In this document: positions 35,393-44,245 of the stretch, one piece after another
Numbering within the stretch: position 1 is the stretch's first letter
How the letters are laid out: each line of letters starts with the position of its first letter
Source: a virus
Lineage: Duplodnaviria; Caudoviricetes
Direction: 5' to 3' (one strand)
DNA: 56,858 nucleotides
Virus record (IMG/VR): IMGVR_UViG_3300011441_000012
Coordinates: 1-56,858 of that record
Notes under the pieces: generated by a model
The model's input: the letters and a program-made list of their open reading frames with translations, nothing else
Databases searched by the model: none
Told to the model about the DNA's origin: nothing
Translations under genes and position numbers: made by a program

Positions 35393-37187
35393 ACGTTAGC
35401 TCCTTTTTCTTCATCATCTGACGAAAACTTTTCGCTTCGCGTTCGAGCCAGTATTCTTCCTGCTCCTCACCTTGCTTCACTTCCCGATTACGTCCAATGA
35501 CAAATCCCAATCGTCGCGCTCCTTCAACGCCAATCGCCACAGCGTCCGCTTTGTTTGGCGAGTAGCCACAGCGTTTCTTGAAATCTTCCTTTGTTTCCAG
35601 TTCGTAGCGGTCGCCTCGGGCGTACATCCACTCGCGCTCTCCGAACTCCTTCACCGCGCTTTTTGGAAACTCCCGCGCCTGCTTGCACTCCACGAGGAGG
35701 CGCACTGAGAAGTAGGTTTCCGTGATGAACTTGGAATAATGCTCATCGCAACGCTTCAGGCGCTTCCTGCCGAAACCAGAGGTGTCGTCGTCCACAAATA
35801 AATCATCGCACACAGGCCGCGTCGTCGCCATGCCGCCAGCGTTCACCGCGTTGACTTCGTTGGAGAGCAATCGCGCAAGGCTGATCGCCAGCGTGGCCCG
35901 CATACCCGCCTCGAAATAAACATTCGTGTAGGGAACTTTGTGAATCTCGCACAGCCGTTTGGCTTGCATGGCGATTTGATCCTCGGGCGTGGAAGGATCG
36001 TTCAGGTTAATCACAATCAACTCCGGCTCGTGGAATTTTATCACCGGCTGACGTTGCGCGTCCTTACCGAATTGCAGGAGCACCGCTTCGCAAGCATCGC
36101 CTCCGTAGCCTGCGTCAATGGCCAGCAGGTTCGTGATTTCTTCCTCGCTCCAGATGCAATCGTCGTAGGCTCCGTTCTGCCGGCACATCTCGCTCGTGAG
36201 AACCAGTCGTGCGTTCAGGCCGGATTTGCGAACGCCTTTGATCTGGGAGTAATACTCAACGGAATTTTTCCCGAATCGTTTTTCAACCCGGTTCACGTCG
36301 TCCTGATTCATCAGGTACGGATAATCCTTTGGCCGATTGGCGTCGTAGTTCGGTGAATCTGTTCCAACGAGATTGATCGTTGTTCCATCGAACTTGTTTC
36401 TCCACGTCATCGTCTTTTCCGGCTCGGGATGAGCGTCCCAACCGCACTCCGGTTCAGCCACTTTGTCGAGGGCTTTTTGACCGAGTGGATTTCCGGTGAA
36501 GATGGATTTGAAGTCGCCCTTGTCGAGATTGGAAAGAATGTTCAGGTAGGACGGACTTAAAAACTGCACCTCATCTGCGACCAATCTCCGCCGCTTTTGT
36601 TTTACACCGACAAACTTCTCCAAAGCTTTCGTCTCATTGCCTTCGCTGTCCAACACAGGAACACAGATCACCCCTTTCCGCATGTCACGCACATCCCCAA
36701 TTTCAGGGTCAAGAGCATCCGTGAAAATACCGTGCTTGGAATCTATCGCGTTCCCGTAAATTTCATCGCCGTGCCGATCCCTTGCGCGTTGCCATAAGTC
36801 TTTCATATTTCCCCACACTCGAAGCTCCAATCCGCGCACGTCCGTTGAGGACATCAGGATCAGGGTGTTCTGCGGGAAGCAGAAATAGTCCGTGAGAACA
36901 TACTTCGTGAGCGTCTGAGTTTTGCCAGAGTCGCGGCAGCCCTGGATCACCGTCAATCGCTCCTCCAGAATCGTCTTGAGAATCAAATCACTCCAACGGT
37001 TGTGATCCTCGTCGGGCCAGAGCAGGGTCTGCGCGGCCTTGAAATGATGGAACAACCCCTCCCCGTATTTCACGCCTCCGATTTCAATGAACCCGCCAGC
37101 CCGAATGAACTGAAACTCAATCTCTAAAGCCGAGGTCGAAGGATCGAAGCGCAGGCCATACTTGCGGATTTTTGGGGCGGGGGTCAT
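35385..37187 (-). CDS. terL: Terminase large subunit
   Basis: Walker A GCRDSGKT, Walker B LVADE, motif III TGNP, RNase H AIDAGYGGD and SPNKADA. Confidence 0.92.
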   Translation of the reverse strand: MTPAPKIRKYGLRFDPSTSALEIEFQFIRAGGFIEIGGVKYGEGLFHHFKAAQTLLWPDEDHNRWSDLILKTILEERLTVIQGCRDSGKTQTLTKYVLTDYFCFPQNTLILMSSTDVRGLELRVWGNMKDLWQRARDRHGDEIYGNAIDSKHGIFTDALDPEIGDVRDMRKGVICVPVLDSEGNETKALEKFVGVKQKRRRLVADEVQFLSPSYLNILSNLDKGDFKSIFTGNPLGQKALDKVAEPECGWDAHPEPEKTMTWRNKFDGTTINLVGTDSPNYDANRPKDYPYLMNQDDVNRVEKRFGKNSVEYYSQIKGVRKSGLNARLVLTSEMCRQNGAYDDCIWSEEEITNLLAIDAGYGGDACEAVLLQFGKDAQRQPVIKFHEPELIVINLNDPSTPEDQIAMQAKRLCEIHKVPYTNVYFEAGMRATLAISLARLLSNEVNAVNAGGMATTRPVCDDLFVDDDTSGFGRKRLKRCDEHYSKFITETYFSVRLLVECKQAREFPKSAVKEFGEREWMYARGDRYELETKEDFKKRCGYSPNKADAVAIGVEGARRLGFVIGRNREVKQGEEQEEYWLEREAKSFRQMMKKKELTYG

Positions 37188-37366
37188 TCGGGCTTTTCTT
37201 CTGGAGAATTATCGCGGCGACATTTTGAGCACAGCCTCATTCCGATTGCATTGTATTCAACCGCCGTTTTTTCACCGCACTCGTCGCAGTGATATTTCGG
37301 ATGCGGATACCTGCCGGAAGGATTATCGCAATCCGGCTGGAACATTTTACGTTCGAGGCTTTTCAT
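37184..37366 (-). CDS. Small Zn-finger protein
   Basis: CDECG...LCSKC; probable start MKSLER. Confidence 0.5.
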   Translation of the reverse strand: MKSLERKMFQPDCDNPSGRYPHPKYHCDECGEKTAVEYNAIGMRLCSKCRRDNSPEEKPE

Positions 37367-37644
37367 TTCAAATTCAGCTTCGGAAATGGCTTGGGTTCGA
37401 GGTGGTCGGTCCACAATTTTAGCCCTTGATGCGGATCGGGAGAATCCCATTTTATTTGGAACTCCTTAAATGTTGCGCCTTTGTACCACGCGATCACTAG
37501 CGGCGCATTCACCCACTCTGGATTCAGCACCCAAATACTCTCCGTCTTTTTCCAGCTTCGCGCATACGTCGTCGCGGCGGGCAGGATCGTAAATCCAGCC
37601 ACGCCCAAGGCGAGCTTCGAGAGGAATGAGCGGCGGGAGGTCAT
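37363..37644 (-). CDS. Small protein with twin-arginine (Tat) signal peptide
   Basis: MTSRRSFLSKLALGVAGFTILPAA. Confidence 0.75.
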   Translation of the reverse strand: MTSRRSFLSKLALGVAGFTILPAATTYARSWKKTESIWVLNPEWVNAPLVIAWYKGATFKEFQIKWDSPDPHQGLKLWTDHLEPKPFPKLNLK

Positions 37645-37808
37645 ATCAAATTCATCAGTTCAGGCTTCTCTCGAATCTCTTGTTTCAGTTCTTCGGGAAG
37701 TTGGTCAAAGCGTTTAAGTTGTTCTGATTTGGTCTGCGCCCTGTATCTGTCTTCAAAAGTAATTGCACGGAGCAACCCCCTGCGTTTCCAATTTGATTTG
37801 CGTGCCAT
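37641..37808 (-). CDS. 55-aa hypothetical protein
   Basis: Manual translation MARKSNWKRR... Confidence 0.5.
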   Translation of the reverse strand: MARKSNWKRRGLLRAITFEDRYRAQTKSEQLKRFDQLPEELKQEIREKPELMNLI

Positions 37809-37832
37809 TTCGTTATTTGGCGAAATATGTAT

Positions 37833-38090
37833 TTAAGATCGCTGCCAAGTTTCATCCAGCCTAATCCACAGCCCCTTGCTTGTTCCGAATACGCTGGCTA
37901 GTTGCGCTGCGGTTTTTTCATCGAGCGTCACACCTTTGGTTGGAGCGTAGATTAGAAGATTCAAGTCAAGCTCAGTTGTTTCTCCACCCATTCGATGCGC
38001 TAAATCCTGCACCGACCAGCCGCGCTCCTTAGCCTCATCAAAGATGAAACACCCCACAGGGAATACCTCGGCTTGAGTTTTATCGCTCAT
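37833..38090 (-). CDS. XRE/HigA-like HTH regulator
   Basis: PVG.FI.DE..ERGWS..DLA.RMG...A.QLA.VFGTS..LW. Confidence 0.8.
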   Translation of the reverse strand: MSDKTQAEVFPVGCFIFDEAKERGWSVQDLAHRMGGETTELDLNLLIYAPTKGVTLDEKTAAQLASVFGTSKGLWIRLDETWQRS

Positions 38091-38116
38091 AACATTTCCA
38101 CCCTCTCATTATTTTC

Positions 38117-38152
38117 TTGGCACGGCAAGAACATTTCACTAATATACGTCAA
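38117..38152. promoter_or_regulatory. Plus-strand leaderless promoter overlapped by motif copy 3 (38135-38152)
   Basis: TTGGCA-17nt-TAATAT-7nt-ATG on the plus strand; TTCACtaatatacGTCAA is the motif on the minus strand. Confidence 0.75.
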
Positions 38153-38398
38153 ATGAAATTGCGCTGCCCTAGATGTCACGGTCTCGGAAAAGTCGAACTC
38201 GAATCCCTCTCGACCGCCCACCGAGAATGCCTGAAAGTCCTGAGCAACCTCGGCACCGCAACCCCGGAACAGGTTCACGTTGCTTCCAGAACCAAGTTGG
38301 GGTTGACCGCTACTCATCATCGGCTTTATCGGCTGGCCAAGCTGGGGCTGGTCAAGCAGGTTGGAGTTTCTAGGCCGGCGCGGTGGAAGGTGGCGTGA
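38153..38398 (+). CDS. Zn-ribbon + winged-HTH regulator, candidate repressor
   Basis: CPRCHGLG followed by LST..RECL..L...ATPEQV...RL..L.KLGLV; isolated antisense gene. Confidence 0.7.
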   Translation: MKLRCPRCHGLGKVELESLSTAHRECLKVLSNLGTATPEQVHVASRTKLGLTATHHRLYRLAKLGLVKQVGVSRPARWKVA

Positions 38399-39050
38399 TT
38401 TTTTTTGGCTCACACCTTCCTTTGCGAATAACAATCCAATAACAGTGAACATTTTTTGAGTGGTGTGAATTTATCCATCTCCCGCTCTTTAAGTTTCCTC
38501 CGCATGGGTCGCGCTTGATTATCAAGTCGCATGGCGTAAGGCCAGCCTCTCGCGCTGCGATTTTGAAGTATTCAAGATTCCACTGATAGCAATGGTTGTG
38601 GATGTAGTCCTTGATTTTCGCCAGTATCAGCCCGTCGCGGCGCAGCACTCGCTTCGCCTCTTTCAGCATTGGCGGGTGGAGTTCTGCCACGTTGTCTGCC
38701 TTGGCGCTGCCATGAAGCCCGTAATCTGTTCCGTATCTGGCGAGTGATTTTGGGGAGGCGGCAGCCGCAGGGAGGTGTGGCGGGTCATACACGATTACGT
38801 CCACGCTCACGTCGTCATCGGGTAGGCTGTCCCACGCGCACACCACATCTGGATTCATAGCGGAATCCCTGTCGTAATAGGCAACCCGCTTCGCCCATTT
38901 GCTGCCTTTCCACATTCTGCGTGTATTGCAGCACACGTCTATCACGCGATGCGCGTTCGGAGCATAGAAGTTTAACATCAAATCTAGTAGCGCGTTATCC
39001 TTTCCCATGAATACCGATTCTGGCCGCTGATTTATTTCATAATCACTCAT
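38370..39050 (-). CDS. DNA amino-methyltransferase (N6-A/N4-C)-like
   Basis: VIDVCC SAM-binding strand, VYDPPH catalytic-type motif, EAKRVL..DG; start at ATG 39050. Confidence 0.75.
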   Translation of the reverse strand: MSDYEINQRPESVFMGKDNALLDLMLNFYAPNAHRVIDVCCNTRRMWKGSKWAKRVAYYDRDSAMNPDVVCAWDSLPDDDVSVDVIVYDPPHLPAAAASPKSLARYGTDYGLHGSAKADNVAELHPPMLKEAKRVLRRDGLILAKIKDYIHNHCYQWNLEYFKIAAREAGLTPCDLIIKRDPCGGNLKSGRWINSHHSKNVHCYWIVIRKGRCEPKKITPPSTAPA

Positions 39051-39382
39051 TTTTCCTCCAGCCATTTCATCCTCTTGCGGAGCGTGGCCGTTGAGATTCC
39101 CAGAACCGCAGCAATCGCCACTTTGGTTTTCTTGTCGCCGGAGATTTGCTCCTTCGCCATGCTGATTTTCTGACTCCACTCCAGCCGCATCCTCTCCGCA
39201 GCCGATTCCTGAGATTCAATCTCCGAGTAGCGCACAATCCAAGGTGCGCCCTCAACCTCGATCATGCACACGGGTTCAAAGTTGACCGTCCCCAGGTCGC
39301 GCAGGAAGATCGCGTTCGGCTGGCCGTTGTATTGGTCCGCGTTCGGTTTCTTTTTGAAGAACAGTGGTTGGTTCTTTTTCAT
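39047..39382 (-). CDS. Protein with C-terminal Fis-type HTH
   Basis: AIAAVLGISTATLRKRMK. Confidence 0.7.
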   Translation of the reverse strand: MKKNQPLFFKKKPNADQYNGQPNAIFLRDLGTVNFEPVCMIEVEGAPWIVRYSEIESQESAAERMRLEWSQKISMAKEQISGDKKTKVAIAAVLGISTATLRKRMKWLEEK

Positions 39383-39387
39383 GGTGG

Positions 39388-39964
39388 TTATTTTTCGATG
39401 AGGTAAATCGTCGGTTCAGGAAGCATCACGATGCGGTCAATCTCCAGATCGTAAGGATCGTCGTTTCGGGTTGGCTTAACCCGGAGTATCACCTTCCGAT
39501 TCTGGTCGTCGCGCAATAGTTCTTCAGCTAGTTCTTTTGTGGTCATGGCGTTTTTACCTTCATGTGCGAATAGTCATTGTTTGGATTGAATCCTTTTTTA
39601 ACCCTCCACTCGGCGGAAAGCTTTTGCTCTTTCTTGATTTGTTTTAAGCTGCTGCAAAGTGGTATCGGTCTTGGTTGAATGGCATAGCAAATCTGCTCTC
39701 CTGGGTAATAATGTGCTGGGCGACCGTCCAAGGTGTGCATGTATTTATATTTCATAGGTGTCCCGTTCCTTTCTCGTAAAACGCCAACCGGATAATCCGA
39801 TCCTTCTCGTTGCAGGGTTGGCCAATCGAAGTCTCAGATGGGCTTTCGATCCAGGTGTCATTCACCACTATATCCCCGGCGTCAATTATCTCTCGCGGTT
39901 TCAAGGGCCGGAACGTGCCGCCAAATCCCTTGCGGAGCATTTTTTTGATGCTTGATGTATTCAT
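39388..39964 (-). other. Three small hypothetical CDS (39388-39546, 39543-39755, 39752-39964)
   Basis: ATGA-coupled ORFs. Confidence 0.55.
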
Positions 39965-40185
39965 TTCGCGTATTCGTTCTTAACCATTTTCTTCGCCAGC
40001 GCGTAGTGCGTCAGCTTTGCGATGGAGTCAATCCGAAGCTCCATCTTGATCCGGTCTATGTTCCGCTGCACGCCGCTCTCAGTGAGTCCTATGTCGAAGG
40101 CAATGTGTTTGTAGGACTGGCCGTCAACGACTCGCTTCAGGACTTCCTTCTGGCGTGGGGTGAGGGTTGGGGTTCTTGGTTTCAT
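39961..40185 (-). CDS. Stand-alone LuxR/GerE-type HTH regulator
   Basis: LTPRQKEVL..VVDGQSYK.IA...L..YA. Confidence 0.85.
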   Translation of the reverse strand: MKPRTPTLTPRQKEVLKRVVDGQSYKHIAFDIGLTESGVQRNIDRIKMELRIDSIAKLTHYALAKKMVKNEYAK

Positions 40186-40540
40186 GATTCGTTAAACTCC
40201 TTTCGGTATTTCTGGATCGCTGCTTCCGCCTCGTCGTAGCTGATGTCGCTCGGGACGCACATGTGGCAGGCGATGGCGAACTGGCTAACCGTGCCGTGCT
40301 TTTTGATGAGAGCTTGCTGCCCCGGCGTGAATCCCTTCATCATCATTTCAGCTATTTGTCGCCTGACGTGTTTTGGTGGTGCTTTCGTATTCATTTCACT
40401 TTCCTCCTCTTGGTTGCCACCAGCATTTCCAGATGCGTCCTGAATTTGAAGGTGTGTTTTACCCCGCACTTGCAACAGCGGTGAGTCAGGGTCTTCGTGA
40501 TCGGAAACCAGGTGTCCACTGGGATGGGTTCGCGTTTCAT
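40182..40540 (-). other. Two small CDS (40182-40394; 40391-40540 with CCKCG..H)
   Basis: Manual translation. Confidence 0.55.
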
Positions 40541-40881
40541 GGTACCCAAGCGCTTTTTATGATGTGGCACGATTTGGTGATTGCGAAGCGGGATAGGGCT
40601 TCGTGCGCTTCTGGACAGTCCGCAGTGCGGACAAGGTGAGACGCCAACTCCTCCGCCATCTTCTGCCAGCGGTCGCGGTCGGCGCAGGCGGCCAGCAAAG
40701 CTACTCCAGATTGATGATCTGCTACTTGGTGTATGTTTAGCAGGGTCTTCGCCTCCGCAAGCTCGCGTTCGAGGGTGCGGGCGAAGTCGGCTTCAACATG
40801 CTCATAGTTGGTATGCTTACCTTGTGAATTAAAATGCTGTCCTCTTGTGAGGTTTGCATCCGTCCGTGGTGTGTCGCTCAT
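40537..40881 (-). CDS. MSDTP.TDA family protein, copy 2
   Basis: Paralog of 32850..33119. Confidence 0.65.
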   Translation of the reverse strand: MSDTPRTDANLTRGQHFNSQGKHTNYEHVEADFARTLERELAEAKTLLNIHQVADHQSGVALLAACADRDRWQKMAEELASHLVRTADCPEAHEALSRFAITKSCHIIKSAWVP

Positions 40882-40882
40882 A

Positions 40883-41083
40883 TTATTCCTCCTCCTCCAG
40901 CACTACTCCGTGGTTAATCAGGTCCGCGAGAATCGTCGCCTTCGATGTGGCCCGTTGCAGGCGATCCCGAATCTGGGTCGCGTCGGCAAGCGTGAGTGAA
41001 TTCTTCAGCCGGCCAATCGCCGTCAGTGTAAAGTAAGCCTCGTCGTGAATTTCGAGGACAAGTTCGAGTGGTGTTTTCTTCAT
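40883..41083 (-). CDS. Hypothetical protein, first gene of the leftward block
   Basis: Start MKKTPLE. Confidence 0.55.
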   Translation of the reverse strand: MKKTPLELVLEIHDEAYFTLTAIGRLKNSLTLADATQIRDRLQRATSKATILADLINHGVVLEEEE

Positions 41084-41094
41084 TGCGATTTCAG

Positions 41095-41160
41095 GTAATA
41101 AACTGTTCACGCATTTTTGTCAAAACAAATGTGGACATTTCTTCACTGCTGTGTTCTACT
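41095..41160. promoter_or_regulatory. Divergent promoter region with motif copy 4 (41106-41123, minus)
   Basis: Minus: TTGACAaaaatgcGTGAAcagtt-TATTAC (17-nt spacer). Plus: TGGACA-17nt-TCTACT. Confidence 0.7.
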
Positions 41161-41166
41161 CTCCTC

Positions 41167-42185
41167 GTGGCAAAGAAAAAACGCAAAGTTGACCAGCCGA
41201 TTCCCGTTGACCCCAACGCGCAGAAGTTTGAACCGCTCGACCCAATCCGTATTACTAAATCGGTTTTGTGGAGCGGCTATCGCGGCGTGGTAGTCTCTGT
41301 GAATGGCGGCCAGCATCTCGTCAAGTTGCGCGGGAGTAATGGCGCGGAATTTCACAGCTATGCAACGGCGAGTGAGATGGAGTTTGATTTATGACCGACC
41401 AAGAACAACAACGGGCGTGTGCGGAGTTGGATGGGCATAGCTGGGTGATACTCAACTACAACACCTACGACGCCATCATTCCGCTGATACAGAAGCAGTT
41501 CATTCACCACTACCAGTGGTTGGATTTCGAGCGCGAACTAGCAAAACTGTGTGGTTTTTGCACTACAATTTTATATAGCCGTGACGCATTGCGAGCAACC
41601 CCCACCCAACTCCGCGAAGCGTTGCTGCGTTCCACAGACCGATGGATTGACTAATTTATGAAACCCGAAAAACCCTCGCTCCACAACGATCCTCAAGGCG
41701 GCACGAAACTCGTCGGCACTTTCACCATCGCGTGGTTCATACTGTTTGCAATCGCAGCCGGCGCGATCATTGGAAAAATTGTGATGGAGTTGATTACGAG
41801 ATGAAAATGTTTTCCCGCTTCCGACCTCCAACCCGCGCCGATGAAATTTACGAGTGCCCCGGCTGCGGTCGTAGCTTCCACTACACGAGCCTCGATGAAC
41901 TCGGATTCTGCCCCACCTGCCGCGAAGATAAACTCACCGATGAAATGGAGGAGGAGGGGAAGGATGGGAAGTTGAGAGATGAGCCACGAGTGTAAATACT
42001 GCCGGGGAACTGGAGTCAGTAATCTCGTTGGAAAGATTCCGAAGCATATTCGAGAATGGCTTGCGGATTATCCTGAGATTCCATCCTTCATGCTGGTCTG
42101 CGATGAGCACGGAGAATGGTTTGAAGAAATTGACTGCCACGCTCCGTATCATTGGGATCAAAGCCGGTGTCCGAGATGTAAATAA
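41167..42185 (+). other. Five small CDS (41167-41394, 41391-41654, 41658-41804 TM, 41801-41995 Zn, 41979-42185 Zn)
   Basis: Coupled ORFs. Confidence 0.55.
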
Positions 42186-42188
42186 TTT

Positions 42189-42479
42189 ATGATCTCAATT
42201 TCTCTGGACCTCAATCTCATCTCCGAAAAACGCTGCAAAATTCAGAAGCGCAGAAACGGAGCGATGGGAAAATTCTGCAACCTCATTTTGATCGAGACTC
42301 CCAACGGGGAATACGGAGATTGGATGGTCAAGGAGCAAACCACAGCCGAGGAGCGGCGGGCGAAAATCAATCTGCCGATTATCGGGAACGGGGACAATTT
42401 GCAGAAGGGGGAGAGGAGTCAGAAGGAGAGTGAGCCTTGCTCGGAGACTCCTGGTGATGATGGACCGCCGCCTTTCTGA
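42189..42479 (+). CDS. Small SSB-like protein
   Basis: EERR...LPIIGNG motif and acidic DDGPPPF tail. Confidence 0.5.
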   Translation: MISISLDLNLISEKRCKIQKRRNGAMGKFCNLILIETPNGEYGDWMVKEQTTAEERRAKINLPIIGNGDNLQKGERSQKESEPCSETPGDDGPPPF

Positions 42480-42619
42480 GTCCAATCCTCCACCCACTCA
42501 ATTTCATAGTGCCCATTCAGACTTTCGCATTTCATCCTCAAGACCACCTTGCCTTGAGCCTTAAGTTCCGCGAGGCGGGTTATCAAGTCCTGGCCGTGGA
42601 GGGTTTCCAGATTGAGCAC
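42419..42619 (-). CDS. Possible small antisense protein
   Basis: GTG start with a divergent TTGACG upstream; uncertain. Confidence 0.35.
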   Translation of the reverse strand: MLNLETLHGQDLITRLAELKAQGKVVLRMKCESLNGHYEIEWVEDWTQKGGGPSSPGVSEQGSLSF

Positions 42620-42663
42620 GAACGGAGCTTTGAAGCATTTCCGAAAAGCGTCAAACACTTTCG

Positions 42664-42691
42664 TTGACAACTTGAGGTGAAGGGGTATAAA
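42664..42691 (+). promoter_or_regulatory. Replication-operon promoter with motif copy 5
   Basis: TTGACAacttgagGTGAAgggg-TATAAA (16-nt spacer). Confidence 0.8.
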
Positions 42692-42699
42692 CGTCCGTG

Positions 42700-42835
42700 T
42701 TAGCGCGACCTTTGGACGGGCCGCACAAACAGAATGTTCCGAAACTTAACAGCGCCAGCTTGTGACCCCGTGGGTTTTGACATTGCGCCCGCATTGTCTT
42801 TGTCCCGCCCGTCCGCACAGGCTGGCGTTTTTAGG
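42700..42835 (+). ncRNA. Candidate attenuator/pseudoknot leader
   Basis: GGACGGGC pairs with GCCCGTCC; AGCGCCAGCTTGTG pairs with CACAGGCTGGCGTT, followed by a U run. Confidence 0.55.
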
Positions 42836-42843
42836 ATTCGGAT

Positions 42844-43242
42844 ATGACTGAAAAATCTGGGAGTTGCTTCCTCTGCAAAACCACCACCCGGTTCGTTTTG
42901 CATCGGCAACTATTTGCCAGCGGGGCGAACCACTTCGTCTGGGTCTGCGGATCGTGCGCCACGCGGAATCCAGCCCGTGACCGGGTGTTTTTCATCCCGC
43001 ACGAGAAGATTGAACAGCACCTCACCCCGGAGCAGATTGAAAGCCTTCCGCTGATATTGCCCGACTGGACCAACCGCTGCGCCCGGTGTGGCCGGCGCGA
43101 GTGCGAGCTACATCACTGGGCTCCAACACATCTTTTCAAGGATGCCAGCGAGTGGCCGAAGGATTATTTGTGCACTGACTGCCATAATCTCTGGCACTCC
43201 GTAGTAACACCGAACATGGGAGGAGCAAATGGAAGTTTCTGA
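42844..43242 (+). CDS. Zn-binding HNH-like protein
   Basis: CARCG..ELHH...LCTDCH..WH. Confidence 0.55.
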   Translation: MTEKSGSCFLCKTTTRFVLHRQLFASGANHFVWVCGSCATRNPARDRVFFIPHEKIEQHLTPEQIESLPLILPDWTNRCARCGRRECELHHWAPTHLFKDASEWPKDYLCTDCHNLWHSVVTPNMGGANGSF

Positions 43243-44245
43243 TCGCATCGCAAGATACATGCTTAAAATTCCTCCAGCCATCGAAGGTCAGAACGGGAGC
43301 GGTGTCACCTTCTATCTCGCTTGCCAGCTAGTGAATGGCTTCGCGTTGGATGAATCTGAAGCCCTGCGCTGGATGGACCTCTACAACCAGAAATGTCAGC
43401 CCCCGTGGTCGGAGCGCGAGTTGATTCACAAGGTCAAGTCAGCCATCACTGCGTCGCACTCCAAGCCACGGGGTCATCTCATCGGCGGCAACGGGACTTT
43501 TGAGAAGTCCGACCTGGCGATCCCGCCTCGGCCACTCGAACCCAAGCCCAAGATTGACCCGGCGACCGCCATCGAAAACTGGCTGGCCGGTTTCCGATGT
43601 TCCGAGGAGGAACTTTACGAGGCCAGCCCGATCAAGCCATCACAAGACTTCACTGAGGATGGTATCCTGCTCGTCAACTCTCTGTTCGGCCCCGGCGAGA
43701 TCATCAACTTCGTCACCAAGTATTCCACCTACACCCGGAAGTCTGACAACGCCGTGAAAGCCAACCCGCAGGGATTCGGTGAATCCGTCGAGCGCGATGA
43801 ACTTTCCTCCCGGTGGATGCTCAACGGGATGCCCAAGTCCGATTCGGGAGGCTGGATGCGAATGAACCCGGTGGATGGCGAAGGAGTGGACGATGCCAAC
43901 GTGACCGCCTTCCGGTTTGCCCTGCTAGAGTGGGATGGCATACCACTGGAGCTTCAAATGGCCTTCCTTGCTCGAGTACCGCTGCCCATATCAGCCATTC
44001 TCACCAGCGGAGGCAAGAGCCTGCACGCCTGGATACGCACGGACTGTGGTTCGCGGGAGGAATATGAATCTTGCGTCACCAAACTGCGCGATGTCCTCCT
44101 GAATTTTGGGATGGATCGCAAAAACAAGAACCCGAGCCGGCTTTCCAGGTTGGTCGGCGTCACCCGGGTCTTCGGGGCTGACGGGGATGGTCGGCAGCGA
44201 CTCCTTTTCCTGTCACCCAATCCAGAGCAGAAGGGCATTTTATGA
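43229..44245 (+). CDS. AEP-type primase with N-terminal PriCT-like domain
   Basis: N.KCQPPWSEREL..KV.SA (PriCT-like); LEWD, TSGGKSLHAW and NPSRLSRL (AEP motifs). Confidence 0.75.
   Translation: MEVSDRIARYMLKIPPAIEGQNGSGVTFYLACQLVNGFALDESEALRWMDLYNQKCQPPWSERELIHKVKSAITASHSKPRGHLIGGNGTFEKSDLAIPPRPLEPKPKIDPATAIENWLAGFRCSEEELYEASPIKPSQDFTEDGILLVNSLFGPGEIINFVTKYSTYTRKSDNAVKANPQGFGESVERDELSSRWMLNGMPKSDSGGWMRMNPVDGEGVDDANVTAFRFALLEWDGIPLELQMAFLARVPLPISAILTSGGKSLHAWIRTDCGSREEYESCVTKLRDVLLNFGMDRKNKNPSRLSRLVGVTRVFGADGDGRQRLLFLSPNPEQKGIL

Noticed and set aside
40391-40540. Apparent non-coding gap, possible tRNA
   Set aside because: It encodes a coupled 49-aa ORF and shows no cloverleaf. No tRNA was recognised anywhere in the window.
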